In this document: one piece after another, positions 24,401 through 35,614 of the stretch
How positions within the stretch are numbered: the first letter of the stretch is position 1
How the letters are laid out: every line of letters starts with the position of its first letter
Source of the DNA: Mytilus californianus
Lineage: Eukaryota
Length of the DNA stretch: 64,000 nt
NCBI RefSeq assembly: GCF_021869535.1
Contig: NW_026262690.1
Coordinates: 11,842,001-11,906,000, forward strand
Direction: 5' to 3'
The notes under the pieces: generated by a model
What the model saw: only the letters and a program-made list of their open reading frames with translations
Told to the model about the DNA's origin: nothing
Databases searched by the model: none
Position numbers and translations under genes: made by a program

Positions 24401-27368
24401 GTTCTTATCATCGTGATACTCACCCAGTTGCATTATTCCCATTAATAAATACCATGCAATAATTTGTGAATTTACAGTAACATTTCTCAGATAAGCAAAC
24501 TGTTATATGATACACGTTGCTTTTTCAACAAATAAAGTTCCATTACTCCTCAATGTCGTATCAGAAATTTATAAAATAAACCTAAGGGAGCTTATTTAAA
24601 TAGATATAAACCAGTCAATAAAGCTTCATGAAAACTGCTCAAAGCATTTTTGAGTTATTGTCCGAAAACTTGAAAATCCCCCTTTTTAATGAATAAAATC
24701 CCATAACTTGGAAACGTAAAATCAAAAATTTGCAAAAATCGAAAGGGAGCTTACGTCAATAGATATAAACAATTCACAAAAGTTTCATGAAAATTGTTTA
24801 AAGTTTTTTTGAGTTATTGTCTGACATGTTGATGACAGATGGACGGACAGAAGGATGGACTGACAGACAATGGTATACCATAATAGGTCCCATAAACGGG
24901 CATATAAAAAAGTTTGGTTATCAATGTTTTGTTCAATAGTTATGATTTATATCACAACTATATTTGTTATAATGAAAAAGGTTAAACATCATATTGAATC
25001 ATTTAATGAAACAATTCTGAAAAACCATCATATAGTTAAAAAAAAATATTATTCTATATGATCTAATGTTTTAAAATTATTTAAAACTTTTTGTGATGGA
25101 TTTCAATGTTTTCTTGAACAATGAGCAAAGAATCAGTGTTGTACATGGTCCACAAAATCCTTGCTTAAATTGATTTAAATCAATTTTTCAGTTAGCATGA
25201 TTAGAATAAACTAGAATAATTAAAACTGTCTAAAGTCAGACTTGCCCAATGGAGGTGAAGCCCATCCTTCACAAGGTTTTGATTTGTACATGTACAAAAG
25301 TATAGTTTGACCATTACCTGTGATAATAACAATACAGGAACAAGTCTGCTGTTTTAGGGTAACAATTAAGCGTCCATAAGAATACCTACAATTTGTTGAT
25401 AACTTTTTTGCCAAAACATATACATATTATATAGATATTGCAAGAAGGAAATTAACAGTTTTAATCATCTAATGGATGTTTGTCATTAACCAAAAATTGT
25501 GAGGGATGATCTCAGAATTGGAAAGTAAAAATCTGCAATGAAAGTTTGGTGTGATTAGTAAACTAGAGTCTCTAAAGAGCCGGTGTCACTCACCTAGGTC
25601 TATGTGCATCTTCAACAATGGACACTCTCAAACATTATAGACTAGATTAGTATTCAAGACAAAAATCTCTCTTTTTTTATCTTGTAATGCTTACAAATTT
25701 TTCTGTTTAAAACTGTTGATTTTTACCAAAACATAAAAAAAAGATTTACAAAAATTGTCTTAAGTCAATCACTCCTATGAAGAGTCTACTAATGATTTTG
25801 ACACAGACTTATTTATAGATCTGGTCTTGCTGATAGTTTTTGTGATTTATGTGTCTATTGTTTTTATGTTGGTTGTTTTTATGCCTCAAACCGATCCTTT
25901 GAGTTAAGCCAATTGCAAATGAGTTTTAGTTTATTCTTAATTTGTGCGGTTACACCACTGTTCCAGGTTAGGGGAGGGTTTCAAAAGTGCTCACAAACAT
26001 CTTTAACCCCACCATATTCTGTATCATCATGTATGTGCCTGTCCCAAGTCAGGAACTAGTATTTCAGTGGTTGTAATTGTTTCATGTCTGCCGTATTTGT
26101 TTCTTTGTAAATTGTTTTTATTATAAATTAGGGTGTCAGTTTTCTCGTTTGAATTATTTCACATTTTTCATGTCCGGGCCTTTTATAGCAAACTATACAG
26201 CATTGGTTTCATTTTTGAAGGCCATATGATATGGTTGCCTATTATGGCTTACATCCACTTACATGTACAATGTACTTGAACACTGGTGGATAGTTGTCTC
26301 ATTGGCAATCATACCACATCTCCTTATTCTTATATTTTTGGTAGATCTTGTCGTGCTGATCATATTTGCTCACTAAAGTTTCCCTCTATCTTCCATTTTC
26401 AAGATAATAGGAAATATTGAAAAAAAATTGCAAGTTGTCATTTAAGGGCAATAACTCCTATAAGAAGTTGTCTGACAATTTTGACATAAATGGACAGTAG
26501 GTACACATGTAGATCTCAGCATTCTGAACCTTTCTACTCCTATTAGATGTTCTCAATTTTAAGCGGATTTTGGGATAAAAGACAAAACTTGCATCTTAAC
26601 CCTATGTTCTATTTTAAGCCATGTTGGTTCAATGGCAGGCAGGTTCATGGAACACATTTTCTAAACTATTACCCAATGATGTTTGTGGCCAAGTTTGGTT
26701 AAATTTGGCCCAGTAGTTTCAGAGAAGATTTTTGTAAAAGTGAATGATGATGACGGACGACAAGTGATGAGAAAAGCTCACTTGGCCCTTTGGGCCAGGT
26801 GAGCCATAAACTCAATATTAACTTACTTTTTCTCCTTCCTAGTAAACAATAGTTACCATGTTAATATTTAAACATGGATATTTGTATGTACATGAAATAA
26901 GCTGCAGTCAGAACAGCTTGTATATATATGCATATAAATTATATTGAAAACAACATTCTTAATTAATCTTAATCTAGAATGCACTAAACAGTATAGATCC
27001 AATGACTTAACTATTGTATAAACGAGTGGACAATATCATTCTAACCCTAAGTTTGTATACAATGAGTCTTCTTGTGATTAACATTTTATTCATTATTGAA
27101 CCCATACATGTACTGACCATAAATACGATAAAACTATAACTTAATCACAGAATTAGAAAAAAGATTCACAGGACCGGTGAAACTTAACGAAAAGGAAATT
27201 CATGTGCTGTCTTACTTGCAAGAAGATGTTGTTCAAAGTTTTACTTACTTTATTATCTTTCAGGCCAAATGCAATACTGTTATCAAAAAGTTTCAAAAGC
27301 CTATCAAGTCGCTCTCTCTCTTCACCAGGGGATGACAACCCCAAATTTGTTGTTTTTGTTGTTGCCAT
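391..27368 (-). CDS. MINDY4B: MINDY4B-like inactive ubiquitin C-terminal hydrolase, spliced gene, 8 coding exons in window, 3' part outside window
   Basis: Exons 27216-27368, 20306-20423, 14868-14935, 14173-14292, 8482-8576, 6241-6406, 2852-2917 and 391-461 all have GT-AG boundaries and join in phase (0,1,0,0,2,0,0). The product ...GGTPITIDTAVALRHIVYGSPYHSFSREWKK...WGLQTHRCGSRGLVLCVQAFLLKHLIF...ALIGAICEMLWAAG...DGITEKLFLYEF...GSNGCICFLYSLALSRT matches the MINDY4/4B motif order as I recall it. Confidence 0.9.
597..2457 (+). mobile_element. Helentron-associated non-autonomous element (HINE/pearl-like), family B copy 1, interrupted by a hAT MITE
   Basis: 5' hairpin GGGTTCCACAGAACCC, ~180-190-bp core repeats, 3' GCTATGTC plus hairpin TGCAACATAAATGTTGCA and GCTCGACA; homologous to 27640-28644. 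Confidence 0.75.
1352..2397. mobile_element. hAT-type non-autonomous DNA transposon
   Basis: 14-bp TIR CAGGGCTTCCAAAA / TTTTGGAAGCCATG; 8-bp TSD GATGGAAT (1344-1351) / GACGGAAT (2398-2405). Confidence 0.85.
2852..2917 (-). CDS. MINDY4B: MINDY4B-like coding exon 7 (LFLYEFKKFQDLQLFVKRNIEF)
   Basis: Acceptor atttcag, donor gtgagt; 66 nt, phase 0-0. Confidence 0.9.
4525..4644. repeat. Foldback palindrome (~50-bp arms), probably a non-autonomous element
   Basis: TGCTTACAAGGGGTATTTGCC...GGCAAATACCCCTTGTAAGCA with apical CTCGCCTAACGGCTC. Confidence 0.8.
5081..6065 (+). repeat. Intronic minisatellite, 16 units of 65 or 54 bp
   Basis: Unit GATGAGTCAGCAACTCACCAACAATATGAAATTAGAAATTCATATAGAGAT(CATATAGAGAT)CTT. 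Confidence 0.95.
6241..6406 (-). CDS. MINDY4B: MINDY4B-like coding exon 6 (ALKPNEFERKRALIGAICEMLWAAG...DDGITEK)
   Basis: Acceptor tttacag, donor gtatga; 166 nt, phase 2-0; LWAAG motif. Confidence 0.92.
6788..7236 (+). mobile_element. Non-autonomous canonical Helitron
   Basis: A|TCTATACTACTAAA 5' end; subterminal hairpin CCCG..GCGATATCGCGGG; CTAG|T 3' end; A/T insertion site with no TSD. Confidence 0.8.
7690..7977 (+). mobile_element. HINE-like 3' fragment
   Basis: GACG/GACA microsatellite then hairpin ATGCCC..CCGCTGCGG..GGGCAT and A-run. Confidence 0.6.
8482..8576 (-). CDS. MINDY4B: MINDY4B-like coding exon 5, active-site loop (CGSRGLVLCVQAFLLKHLIFEREYFSVELAR)
   Basis: Acceptor tttcag, donor gtattt; 95 nt, phase 0-2; aligns to GGPCGVLAAVQ of MINDY4. 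Confidence 0.9.
10048..10239. mobile_element. Tc1/mariner-type MITE
   Basis: TA|CTGTGGATTCATT ... AATGAATCCACAG|TA. Confidence 0.8.
10589..13059. mobile_element. TIR DNA transposon derivative (Zator or Harbinger-like) containing a nested HINE
   Basis: GGCC termini, imperfect ~30-bp TIR (GGCCA.AA..AAAAATAT.T.TGTTTCCCCT), 3-bp flanking duplication CTG. Confidence 0.65.
11438..12436 (+). mobile_element. HINE family C copy 1 with five ~166-bp core repeats
   Basis: 5' ATATGTCTCGC; tandem core (CAAAGTCAAT at 11540, 11707, 11874, 12040, 12206); 3' TATGTCTCGC-TTTTTGACTCCGTCAA-GGCGAGACAAAAA. Confidence 0.85.
13900..14077 (+). mobile_element. HINE-like 3' fragment (degenerate)
   Basis: GACAGACAGGGGTGAAACAATATG end motif with a decayed hairpin. 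Confidence 0.4.
14173..14292 (-). CDS. MINDY4B: MINDY4B-like coding exon 4 (ALRHIVYGSPYHSFSREWKKSTLQFQDISSPFPWGLQTHR)
   Basis: Acceptor ttgcag, donor gtaaga; 120 nt, phase 0-0. Confidence 0.92.
14868..14935 (-). CDS. MINDY4B: MINDY4B-like coding exon 3 (NTLRPRSSRLIGGTPITIDTAV)
   Basis: Acceptor ttgcag, donor gtaagt; phase 1-0; GGxPI motif that precedes the catalytic domain. Confidence 0.85.
15120..17296 (+). mobile_element. HINE family E copy 1, interrupted by a hAT-derived insert
   Basis: 5' CTCTAAAGAGCCTGTGTCCCTCACC; 3' GTGATGAGAAAAGCTCACTTGGGCCAGGTGAGCTAAAAA. Confidence 0.8.
15623..16780 (+). pseudogene. Internally deleted hAT (Tip100/ZMYM1/P52rIPK-like) transposase remnant
   Basis: Starts CAGTGGCGTAGC (hAT-type end); N-terminal-like ORF 15836-16102; C-terminal dimerisation motif YPNISVIISVLPTMPASTSTTEKSFSAMNRI*TYLRTTM at ~16640-16755. 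Confidence 0.7.
17390..18080 (+). mobile_element. Degenerate HINE family E fragment
   Basis: Repeated AAGGGCAATAACT core and 3' block similar to 16850-17250. Confidence 0.6.
19265..19471. mobile_element. Tc1/mariner-type MITE
   Basis: TA|TTGTAAATTCAGAAATTATTGC ... GCAATAATTTCTGAATTTACAG|TA. Confidence 0.8.
20306..20423 (-). CDS. MINDY4B: Probable MINDY4B-like coding exon 2 (RKRVGFRDVGDEEEDDRPKLTQRVKTFYVDSWPEVKFNA)
   Basis: Purine-rich open frame, ttgtag acceptor, gtgaag donor; phase 0-1 fits both neighbours; little recognisable homology. Confidence 0.7.
20447..23090 (+). mobile_element. HINE family E copy 2, split by a 1.9-kb chimeric HINE
   Basis: 5' CTAGAGGCTCTTAAGAGCTGGTGTCGCTCACC; resumes at 22508; 3' GTGATGAGAAAAGCTCACTTGGCCCAGTGGGCCAG. 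Confidence 0.8.
20605..22507 (+). mobile_element. Chimeric HINE: family D 5' end, two ~500-bp repeats and a GACGAC microsatellite fused to family C core and 3' end
   Basis: ACAAGAGGCTCTCAAGAGCCTGAATCACTCACC start; TTCAGAGG at 20645, 21143 and 21644; junction ~21698; ends TGTCTCGC..GGCGAGACAAAAA. Confidence 0.75.
24300..24478. mobile_element. Partial inverted copy of the 19265-19471 MITE family
   Basis: Reverse complement matches 19265-19400, including TIR GCAATAATTTGTGAATTTACAG|TA. Confidence 0.7.
24540..24911 (+). mobile_element. HINE-like element (family F), 3' part
   Basis: Two core repeats, GGAC/GACA microsatellite, terminal TAGGTCCC..GGGCATATAAAAA. Confidence 0.65.
25560..26808 (+). 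mobile_element. HINE family E copy 3, interrupted by a SINE
   Basis: 5' CTAGAGTCTCTAAAGAGCCGGTGTCACTCACC; 3' AAGCTCACTTGGCCCTTTGGGCCAGGTGAGC. Confidence 0.8.
25870..26330 (+). mobile_element. SINE-like interspersed repeat (possibly Meta-domain type)
   Basis: CCTGTCCCAAGTCAGGA core and 3' GTTGTCTCATTGGCAATCATACCACATCT tail; related to 34597-35060. Confidence 0.6.
27216..27368 (-). CDS. MINDY4B: Probable first coding exon (MATTKTTNLG...NNIFLQ)
   Basis: ATG in gcaATGG context with an in-frame TGA 12 nt upstream; donor gtaaga in phase 0. Confidence 0.65.
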
Positions 27369-27374
27369 TGCAAC
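27361..27374. promoter_or_regulatory. RFX X-box-like palindrome overlapping the start codon
   Basis: GTTGCCATTGCAAC is one mismatch from GTTGCCATGGCAAC. Confidence 0.35.
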
Positions 27375-27435
27375 AATTCATAGTCTTCTGTTTTTATTAA
27401 AATGCTACAATATATTGAGAAGAAATCATCAAATA

Positions 27436-28680
27436 GATATAAGAAGATGTGGTATGAGTGCCAATGAGACAACTCTCTATCCAAGTCAAAATTTATAAAA
27501 GTAAACCATTATAGGTCAAAGTACGGTCTTCAACACGGAGCCTTGGCTCACACCGAACAGCAAGCTATAAAGGGCCCTAAAAATTACTAGTGTAAAACCA
27601 ATCAAACGGGAAAACCAACGGTCAAATCTAAATAAAAAATTCGTAAGGGTTCCACGGAACCCAGTGTCTCGCCTACTTTTTCTGTTAATTGCCGGCTCAA
27701 CAAAAATGAGGAAGTAAATCAATAAAAATATTCCTCTTGATACTATCTTTTGATTGTAAGAAGCTTCTGTCCAAGTTTGGTAAAAATCCAGGATAGTTTA
27801 TGAATCTAATAAATGTTTAAAAACTTTAACTGCAGACTGAATGTAATGTTAACTGGAAGAAAACAAAATTTCCTTCTAGATACTAGCATTTGATCATAAA
27901 CAATCTTCTGTCCAAGTTTGGTACAAATCCAAAATAGTACAAGAAAGTTATTAAAATTTTAAAAACTTTAACCACAGAGTGAATGTGTTGTTTCCTGGCA
28001 GAAATCTAAGTCCATTTAAAAGTAAAATACGGAAAAAATGGATTTATTTTTTTACAAAATTTCCTTCTAGATACTAGCTTTTGGTCATAAACAAGCTTCT
28101 GTCCAGGTTTGGTACAAATCCAAAATAGTATAAGAAAGTTATTAAAATTTTAAAAACTTTAACCACAGAGTGAATGTGTTGTTTCGTGGCAGAAAATCTA
28201 AGTCCATTTAAAAGTAAAATAAGGAAAAAATGGATTTTTTTTTTTACAAAATTTACTTCTGGATACTATCTTATGATCATAAAAAAGCTTCTGTCCAAGT
28301 TTGGTAGAAACCCAGGATAGTTTAAGAAAGTTTTTAAAATTTTAAAAACTTTAACCACAGACATGACAGATTGAATGTAATGTTTCCCAGCAGAAAAACT
28401 AAGTCCATTTATAAGTAAAATACGGAAAAAATGGAATTTTATTATTACAAAATTTACTTCTGGATACTATCTTATGATCATAAACAAGCTTCTGTCCAAG
28501 TTTGGTAGAAATCCAGGATAATTTAAGAAAGTTATTAAAATTTCAAAAACTGTAACCACAGAGTGAATATTTGTGGATGCCGCCGACGGAATGTAGGATC
28601 GCTATGTCTCGCTTTTTCGACTAAAGTCGAAGGCTCGACAAAAACGAGAAACACTTATGAACCACATCAACAAATGACAA
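27436..28680 (-). mobile_element. SINE-like repeat split by HINE B2
   Basis: 27436-27639 and 28645-28680 together match the contiguous copy at 34597-34845. Confidence 0.8.
27640..28644 (+). mobile_element. HINE family B copy 2 (~191-bp core repeats)
   Basis: 5' GGGTTCCACGGAACCC-CAGTGTCTCGCC; CTTCTGTCCA(A/G)GTTTGG five times; 3' TATGTCTCGC-TTTTTCGACTAAAGTCGAA-GGCTCGACAAAAA. Confidence 0.85.
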
Positions 28681-31600
28681 AAATGTTATAAAGAAATAAA
28701 GATGGACTCACTATGTATGTATATATCACAGGGATAAATTAGATGTGTCGGAATGACACAAATACATGTAGCCCCACTCGCCAAAAAAAGCTTGAAGCCA
28801 TTTTTAGAAGTGGAAATTTGAGAATAAAAGTCAGTATAACTGTTATTTACATGAAATTTTCAAAGTCCAAAACCTGTAATATCGACACAAATCAGTGGAT
28901 CAAAACCAGACATAAACTCAATGACAACCTGTAACTGTAGGCGTACTTTCATTTCGCCGTGTATTTATTCCGGGTAACTGTTTTTCACTAAAGAATATTG
29001 GATGTAAATAGTGTGAAAGCGTTGATCTTGATATCGTTGTATTGTTTATATTAGACCGGTTTATTGTTTACATAAATAAATGGGTTAAAATTAAAATGAT
29101 TTTCAAGGAACCAGTTTAATTAATCTGAGTCAATCCAATAAATAATATTGATGATGATGAGGAGGATATTTTTATAACTCAAAATACTTTATCAATGATC
29201 AGGACATTGCACTTGATATAAACCAAATTTAAAGAGCAGATTTGTTCTTACATAAAGTTTCAATTATAGAAGCATCCTTTGATATTGACATAGAAGACAT
29301 GATTTTTTATATCTAAGTCGACCGAAAAGCAAATACACAGTAAAACTTCGGCAATCCAATAAATATAAATATTACAATTAGTGACAATTTAAAAGCATAT
29401 GATTTTATAGATTTGCATAGAAAAATTATTTAAATCTTATTCGTTAATAAGCATTATTGTGTTATCGTGTGTTCAAAATGAGTATTAATCACTTCATCAA
29501 TGTATGGATCTAAATAAAGCACTAGTGTAATTAATCCTGGTATAAAATAACTAGTGCAATCATTAGTGTGAGCATTCCTTGGATGAAAACTCTCCACTTT
29601 TTACATAAATCAACTATGCAAGTTTCAAATACACTAAAAACTATTAAGCCACATTTTATATATATTTCCCCTTCAAAAAACTTTTTTTAGAACCTTATAA
29701 TGACTGGTGGATGTTTTATACTGGACCCGGATAGAAAAACCTAGTGAATTTTTGTTGGTGGATAAAAACAGGGTTTAAGATAGGATTTTGAGGGCTTTAG
29801 CCACTTTTGCGGGAGATGAAATCAACCTTTTTTTGGGTAACAGCAAGGGACAAAGCATATATATTACTACATGTAGCTATATGTATACATGTACATCTTT
29901 GTCAGACTTTGAAGGACTTAGGCATGCTAGGCATTTATTGCATGATTTGACTGATGTGGTGCTTAAATATGAAGATTATGATATAGGATCTGGAAATCTA
30001 GTTCACAATTTCACTTTAGTTTGTTTCAGTGGACATTCCTGATCAACAAAAGTTGGATTCCAATTTTTTAAAACCAGGAATCACAGCATAAATGAACTTG
30101 TAACGACTACATGTATTTCACTGCATAATCATTATCCTTAAAAACGTTTAAATCGATATCTGGAATTCACTTCTATAAGAGTTGGAAACAAGGATTTGTA
30201 CAAATCCTTATTGGAACGATTCTAATGACTGTAAAGCGGTTGTAAACTAATCAAGAATAGATCATCACGTTAACTTTCAATTTTCAAATGAAATGAAAAC
30301 GGGAAGTGACACATGGATATAAAATTCAGAATGAATTCGGATTCATCTACGGATTGGGTCGTGTTTAAAAAAAGGCAGGAAATTATCATTTTTTAAATTC
30401 AATTTGCGTAGTTAGAGATATATATTTGTCTCTCTTGTTGAATTTGATACTAATTATAAATTATTACGTATTTTACGTTTTTAGTGTCTATAAATATTCA
30501 TAGGAATACTTTCATGCATGCGCAGTACATAGTACAGGCAGCACCTGTTTAGCTCATGAAAACATTTCTGAAAGTTCTGAATAAAGTTCTTTCTTTTTAA
30601 TCGAAATTGTCGAAAGTTTTTGATGAAAAGTCATATCTAATATGACGAAAATACATTCAAATGACGAAACTACGACAAACGATCTGCAAATTGTGATCGT
30701 TTGAGAAATATTGAAAATAAACAGAATATTCATCATGTTGAATGTGGGCAGTATTTGGAAAAAGAAATGCGAACTGGCCAGGGGAAAACAATTTTGTTCA
30801 AAAGACGAAACAACCACAAACGAACTGCAAGTTTTACTGTGGAAAATAATTGTGATGGTCAATTATGAGGTTTATATTATAATTAACAGATTAGTGACCC
30901 ATCCGATGGTGATAAGCGGATTACCTGTAATCACAACTTTTAACACGTTGTAAATGTTAATTAGCTGAGGGTCATAAACTTGTCAGAAACATGATGACAG
31001 GTAGAATTATAGTATTTTCATGCGAAAATATTTTAACACTTTCCAAATTTAAGTGACGAAATTGATTTGAAATACTTTCGTCATTTTGAAAACCGTTTCG
31101 TAAATGACGAAAATGACGAGCGCTAGCAAAATCACTGGGGATTTTCTTCCTCCGGATAAAGAACACTGGCGAATCAAACCACTGTTACATAACTCATTAT
31201 ACAGAACTGTAGCTAGAATTGGATTATATATGTGGTCAGCTGTGACACAAATATTCCATAAAGGTCAACCAAATCATGTTGTCATCCCTATATTTCCATT
31301 AGATCACTATACAATGTTAATTGTATATATATCGATACAGACTGTAATGCAGTGTGAGAATTTAAATAGAAATATATGGGACTCTTCCCTCGTAACATGT
31401 ACTCAACGTTATATGCTTTTCTGTAATAGATGTAATTTATGTTAGTGATTTTAAATTTATACTATTTCGCTTCATTTCAATAAAAGAAAACAGAAGTAGT
31501 TAAAGATAAAAAAAAAAAAAAGCCACTGTGTCGACTCAACATAACTGTGAATTAACTTACAGTTTGCGTGATTATTCCATAGTTGCGTGCAACTGTATAA

Positions 31601-33654
31601 ATATTGGTGATTTACAGCTACAGGATGTTTACAATTAATCTTGGTCGACTAATTTAAAGTTAAGTGTTGTTTTTATGTCCCTGAAACATTTATGACTTTC
31701 ATCCTGATCATGTTGCCAAAGACGCTTTTCCTTTCGGAACTCCTCTGAAAAAAGGCGGGAAAATAATTTTATTTTTAAAAGAATCTCACCTAAATCGTGT
31801 ATACAGCATGTATGTGCAATGCATAGACACTCAGCATGTTCTTTATCCAATCTCTCACAATGTACAGAGTAGCACACCTTTATTTTAATCATTTGTTTTA
31901 TAAATTTGTGTGACCTGGTAGATTTTAGAACTGCAAATATGTCAGTCTGGCTCCCATCTGAGATCATAGTCATTATAGTCGCAGTCATCTATAAGTCACT
32001 AGCTAAAACTATAGACCAGTCAGTTTGACATCAGTTGTGTGTAAAATAATGGAAAAAATACTACGGCATTATGTAGTAGAGTCCGGTTTTTATCATTTAT
32101 TGTCAATTACAGTTATATTACATTGACATATATATTTACAGAGACATATAAAATGTCTCTGATATTTATTATCTTAATCAGGAACATATATATTGACGTT
32201 CCATAGATTGGTAATTAGTTATATACATTTCATGAACTAAGTGAATATATTGATATATAATATAAGAATAGTATGATATGAAGTACTGAAATATCTACCT
32301 GTAAGAGTTATCTTCCTTGTGTAAAACTTCATGAAATACATACTGAAATGTAACTGTAGTTTTAGGAGTTATATTATTACTTACCTTATTGGTAGAGTTT
32401 GAATTGTCTCACTGACAATTCTTAAAGAGGAATTGTTGCAAATATTATAGTAATGCAGACAGATTGTTTATGCATGTTTCTTTGTAATTGATTATAATAT
32501 GTATGTGTCACATCTACTGTATTTTATGTTATTTATGGTATTTAATACTTGTAATAATTGTTATTTTATAGGGTACTGATATACTGAATATTTAGAATAA
32601 AGATTATATAAAAGAACCTTAGCCTTTGTGGTTTATCTCCGTATTGGAAATCCACAACTGTTACAATTATATAAGTAAAGACGCAAAAGAAAACAAACTG
32701 TTTTCTAAAAACAATATAATAGTGTTATTGCGGGGAGGTCAACTAGATATAGACTTCAACTCACTTGAGCCGCGGATTATTGATAAGTTGACAATGGCAT
32801 GGTCACCCCAAAAAATCGATCCGTGGAGGACAACTTGAAAATTTATAAAAAAACAAAAAACAAACTTCATTTCAAAGACAACAAAGAAGAATGTATCAAT
32901 TAGAGTTATCATAAAACAATATATTAATTTTTTTATAATACCAGATGGTTGGAAAAAAACTGGCGATATACTCAGTAAAAGAGAAGATGAAATATTTGTA
33001 TGCAATTGATAAAAATATTGCTATGAAAAACAAAAGTGAATATTAGTTTGAACTTTCACAGATAATGGAATATTTTAAATATATTACGTAGTTCAGTAAA
33101 GTATATATCTTTACTGCTATAAATTAAAATGTAGGATTTACTATACTCAGAGACGTCTCTGCTATACTGAATTATAATTTAATGTCCAGATGAATTTGTC
33201 TTGAAAACTCTTTTTCTCTCTCTCTCAATCTCTCTCTATGGTGTCCAGACTGTCTTACTCTCTATCTTATATACGTATATTTAGAAGGAAAAAAGCTTCA
33301 TAAGAAAGATGTATTGATTAGATAATATTAATATTCATATTATTATATATTGCTATTATATTTGTGTATATTATGCTGTAAATTGGAAATTATAAATAAT
33401 AATAATAAAAAAAGAAGGTATCAATTAAAACAGCTGGAGGAAAGAAGTCATTACTCTAGATTAACGTCATCATAAGACGAATAATACAACGAAAGAACAA
33501 AACTGCTGTTGACTGGAACAACCTTGAAGACGGCAAAATCACACCCAAGACAGCCGAAGGCTCAGTCAAAGCGGCACTATATAGCCGCACTCGGGACAAA
33601 TTGCGTTCTCCGTCCCCGAAATAAACTCATGACAACTTTGTAAACAATCTGATA

Positions 33655-33785
33655 GTCAATACGCCTTCGGGTGCGGGAGTTTCTCGCTGCATTGAAGACC
33701 CATTGGTGGCCTTCGGCTGTTGTCTGCTCTATGGTCGGGTTGTTGTCTCTTTGACACATTCCCCATTTCCATTCTCAATTTTATT
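33655..33785 (+). mobile_element. Short interspersed repeat 3' fragment (a second fragment lies at ~37580-37635)
   Basis: GGTCGGGTTGTTGTCTCTTTGACACATTCCCCATTTCCATTCTCAATTTT occurs twice in the window. Confidence 0.6.
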
Positions 33786-33799
33786 TAGGTTACTAAACT

Positions 33800-34596
33800 A
33801 TTTTGGAATATTCCATAGCCAATGGCAGACAAACGAGGGATTCCACCACTTCAAACCAAAAAAAAAAAATGAAAAACTTGCCGAAAACGACAGCGAGAAA
33901 GCTGAAGCTCTAAATCAACAGTATATAAGCGTTTATTACAGAAACAAAGTTTGATTCTGTACAGTATAGTAAATCAATATCAAAATAATGAACCGCAATG
34001 TTATCAGAAAAGAAGTGGAAAATATGCTAAAGATTAGAAATGCTACTTAAGCGATAAGACTTGACGGCATCCATCCCCGTGTTATGAAGGAAATGTCAAC
34101 AGATCTATCAGACATCCTACCCAGTAAGTATCTATCAGTATCAATAACTTGTATCACATGTAAATTAATAGAACACATCATATATTCAAACCTTATACAC
34201 ACTGCACTTTGAAGACCAAAACATACTCAACAACAGACAGCACTCCAATCTGATTAAAATTCAGATCTATTCTACCTCGCGTCCCCCTGATCAAAATTCA
34301 CATCTATCTTAACTCGCGTGCTCGTATATAAGCTCATATGCGAGACACAACTGCAACACAACTAAAACTTGCATCCACTTCATTTGAATTTTGGTATCTC
34401 ATCGGCAATCATACCACATCTCCTTATTTTTATACGGTAAGCATAAAACACTAACAGGCAACTACCATAGACAACAAGAAACAGGCTGACATTTTTATAC
34501 TTGACTTTGAAAATGCAGTTGATACGGTACCTCACGAACTTCTAAAAAGTAAGGTCAATAGATATGGAATAGGAACAAAGACATTACATTGGATAG
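33800..34596 (+). pseudogene. Degraded CR1-group LINE RT fragment
   Basis: Broken translations KAEALNQQYISVY, DGIHPRVMKE, ITCITCKLIEHII, ADIFILDFENAVDTVPH. Confidence 0.7.
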
Positions 34597-35060
34597 ATAT
34601 AAGAAGATGTGGTATGAGTGCAAATGAGACAACTCTCCATCCAAGTCAGAATTTATAAAAGTAAACCATTATAGGTCAAAGTACGGTCATCAACACGGAG
34701 CCTTGGCTCACACCGCACAGTAAGCTATAAAGGACCCCAAAAGTTACTAGTGTAAAACCATTCATACGGGAAAACCAACGGTCTAATCTATTTAAAAAAA
34801 ACGAGAAAAGAGAAACACTTATGAACCACATCAACAAACGACAACTACTGAACATCAGATTCCTGACTTAGGACAGGTGCAAACAATTGCAGCGGGTTTA
34901 AACGTTTTAATGGTACCAAACCTTCACCCTTATCTGAAACATCACAACATAGAAAGACACACTATAAAATATCAATTGAAATGGCTTAACTCAATCAAAA
35001 GACATATTAACACAAGTGAACATACACTGAACGAATAAATTTGATCTATGATACAATGTA
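34597..35060 (-). mobile_element. SINE-like repeat, most complete copy in window
   Basis: Matches 27436-27639 plus 28645-28680; contains TTCCTGACTTAGGACAGG. Confidence 0.75.
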
Positions 35061-35614
35061 AATACAATAACTATTATATTGTAGTGATGCAAATCAGTAT
35101 ACTTTGGTTTGTTGTTATATATTATATTAATGTTTGTATATAACAGTTACATGTATAAAATATAATTTTCATATAATTTTCATCCATTTGTATATCATTA
35201 AATTTTATTATTCTAATAATAGTGCAGTGCAAGTGCATGGTGGACACTCTTCTGTAATAATATGATTTTTCTAATAGATTGGATTTGAGCAGGCATTCAT
35301 ATTTTCCCGCAAAACGTTCTTGAGATATTCTTCCGCATGCGTTTACACAATTTTTCTGTACGTGTGCATAGATATTATCAATGATTTTTTACTTACATAT
35401 ATATTTCTAACGACAAAACATTTTCATACTATTAATTTATGTTCTAAACACAAATTTTTTATGAGTATTCATTTAAGAAATGAATTAATAACAAGCGATA
35501 ATAACATATCCGTTTTTAATTCGTGAAACAGATATCCAATAACTGTCAATCAACTTGTGATCACGTCCGTAAAAATTTCGGATGAATGACTTTAGCTTTA
35601 CCACTTGGAACCCT

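Noticed and set aside
30300-30524. ETS (CGGGAAGTG) and NRF1-like (TGCATGCGCA) motifs as the MINDY4B promoter
   Set aside because: Only two isolated short motifs, with no supporting exon or splice donor.
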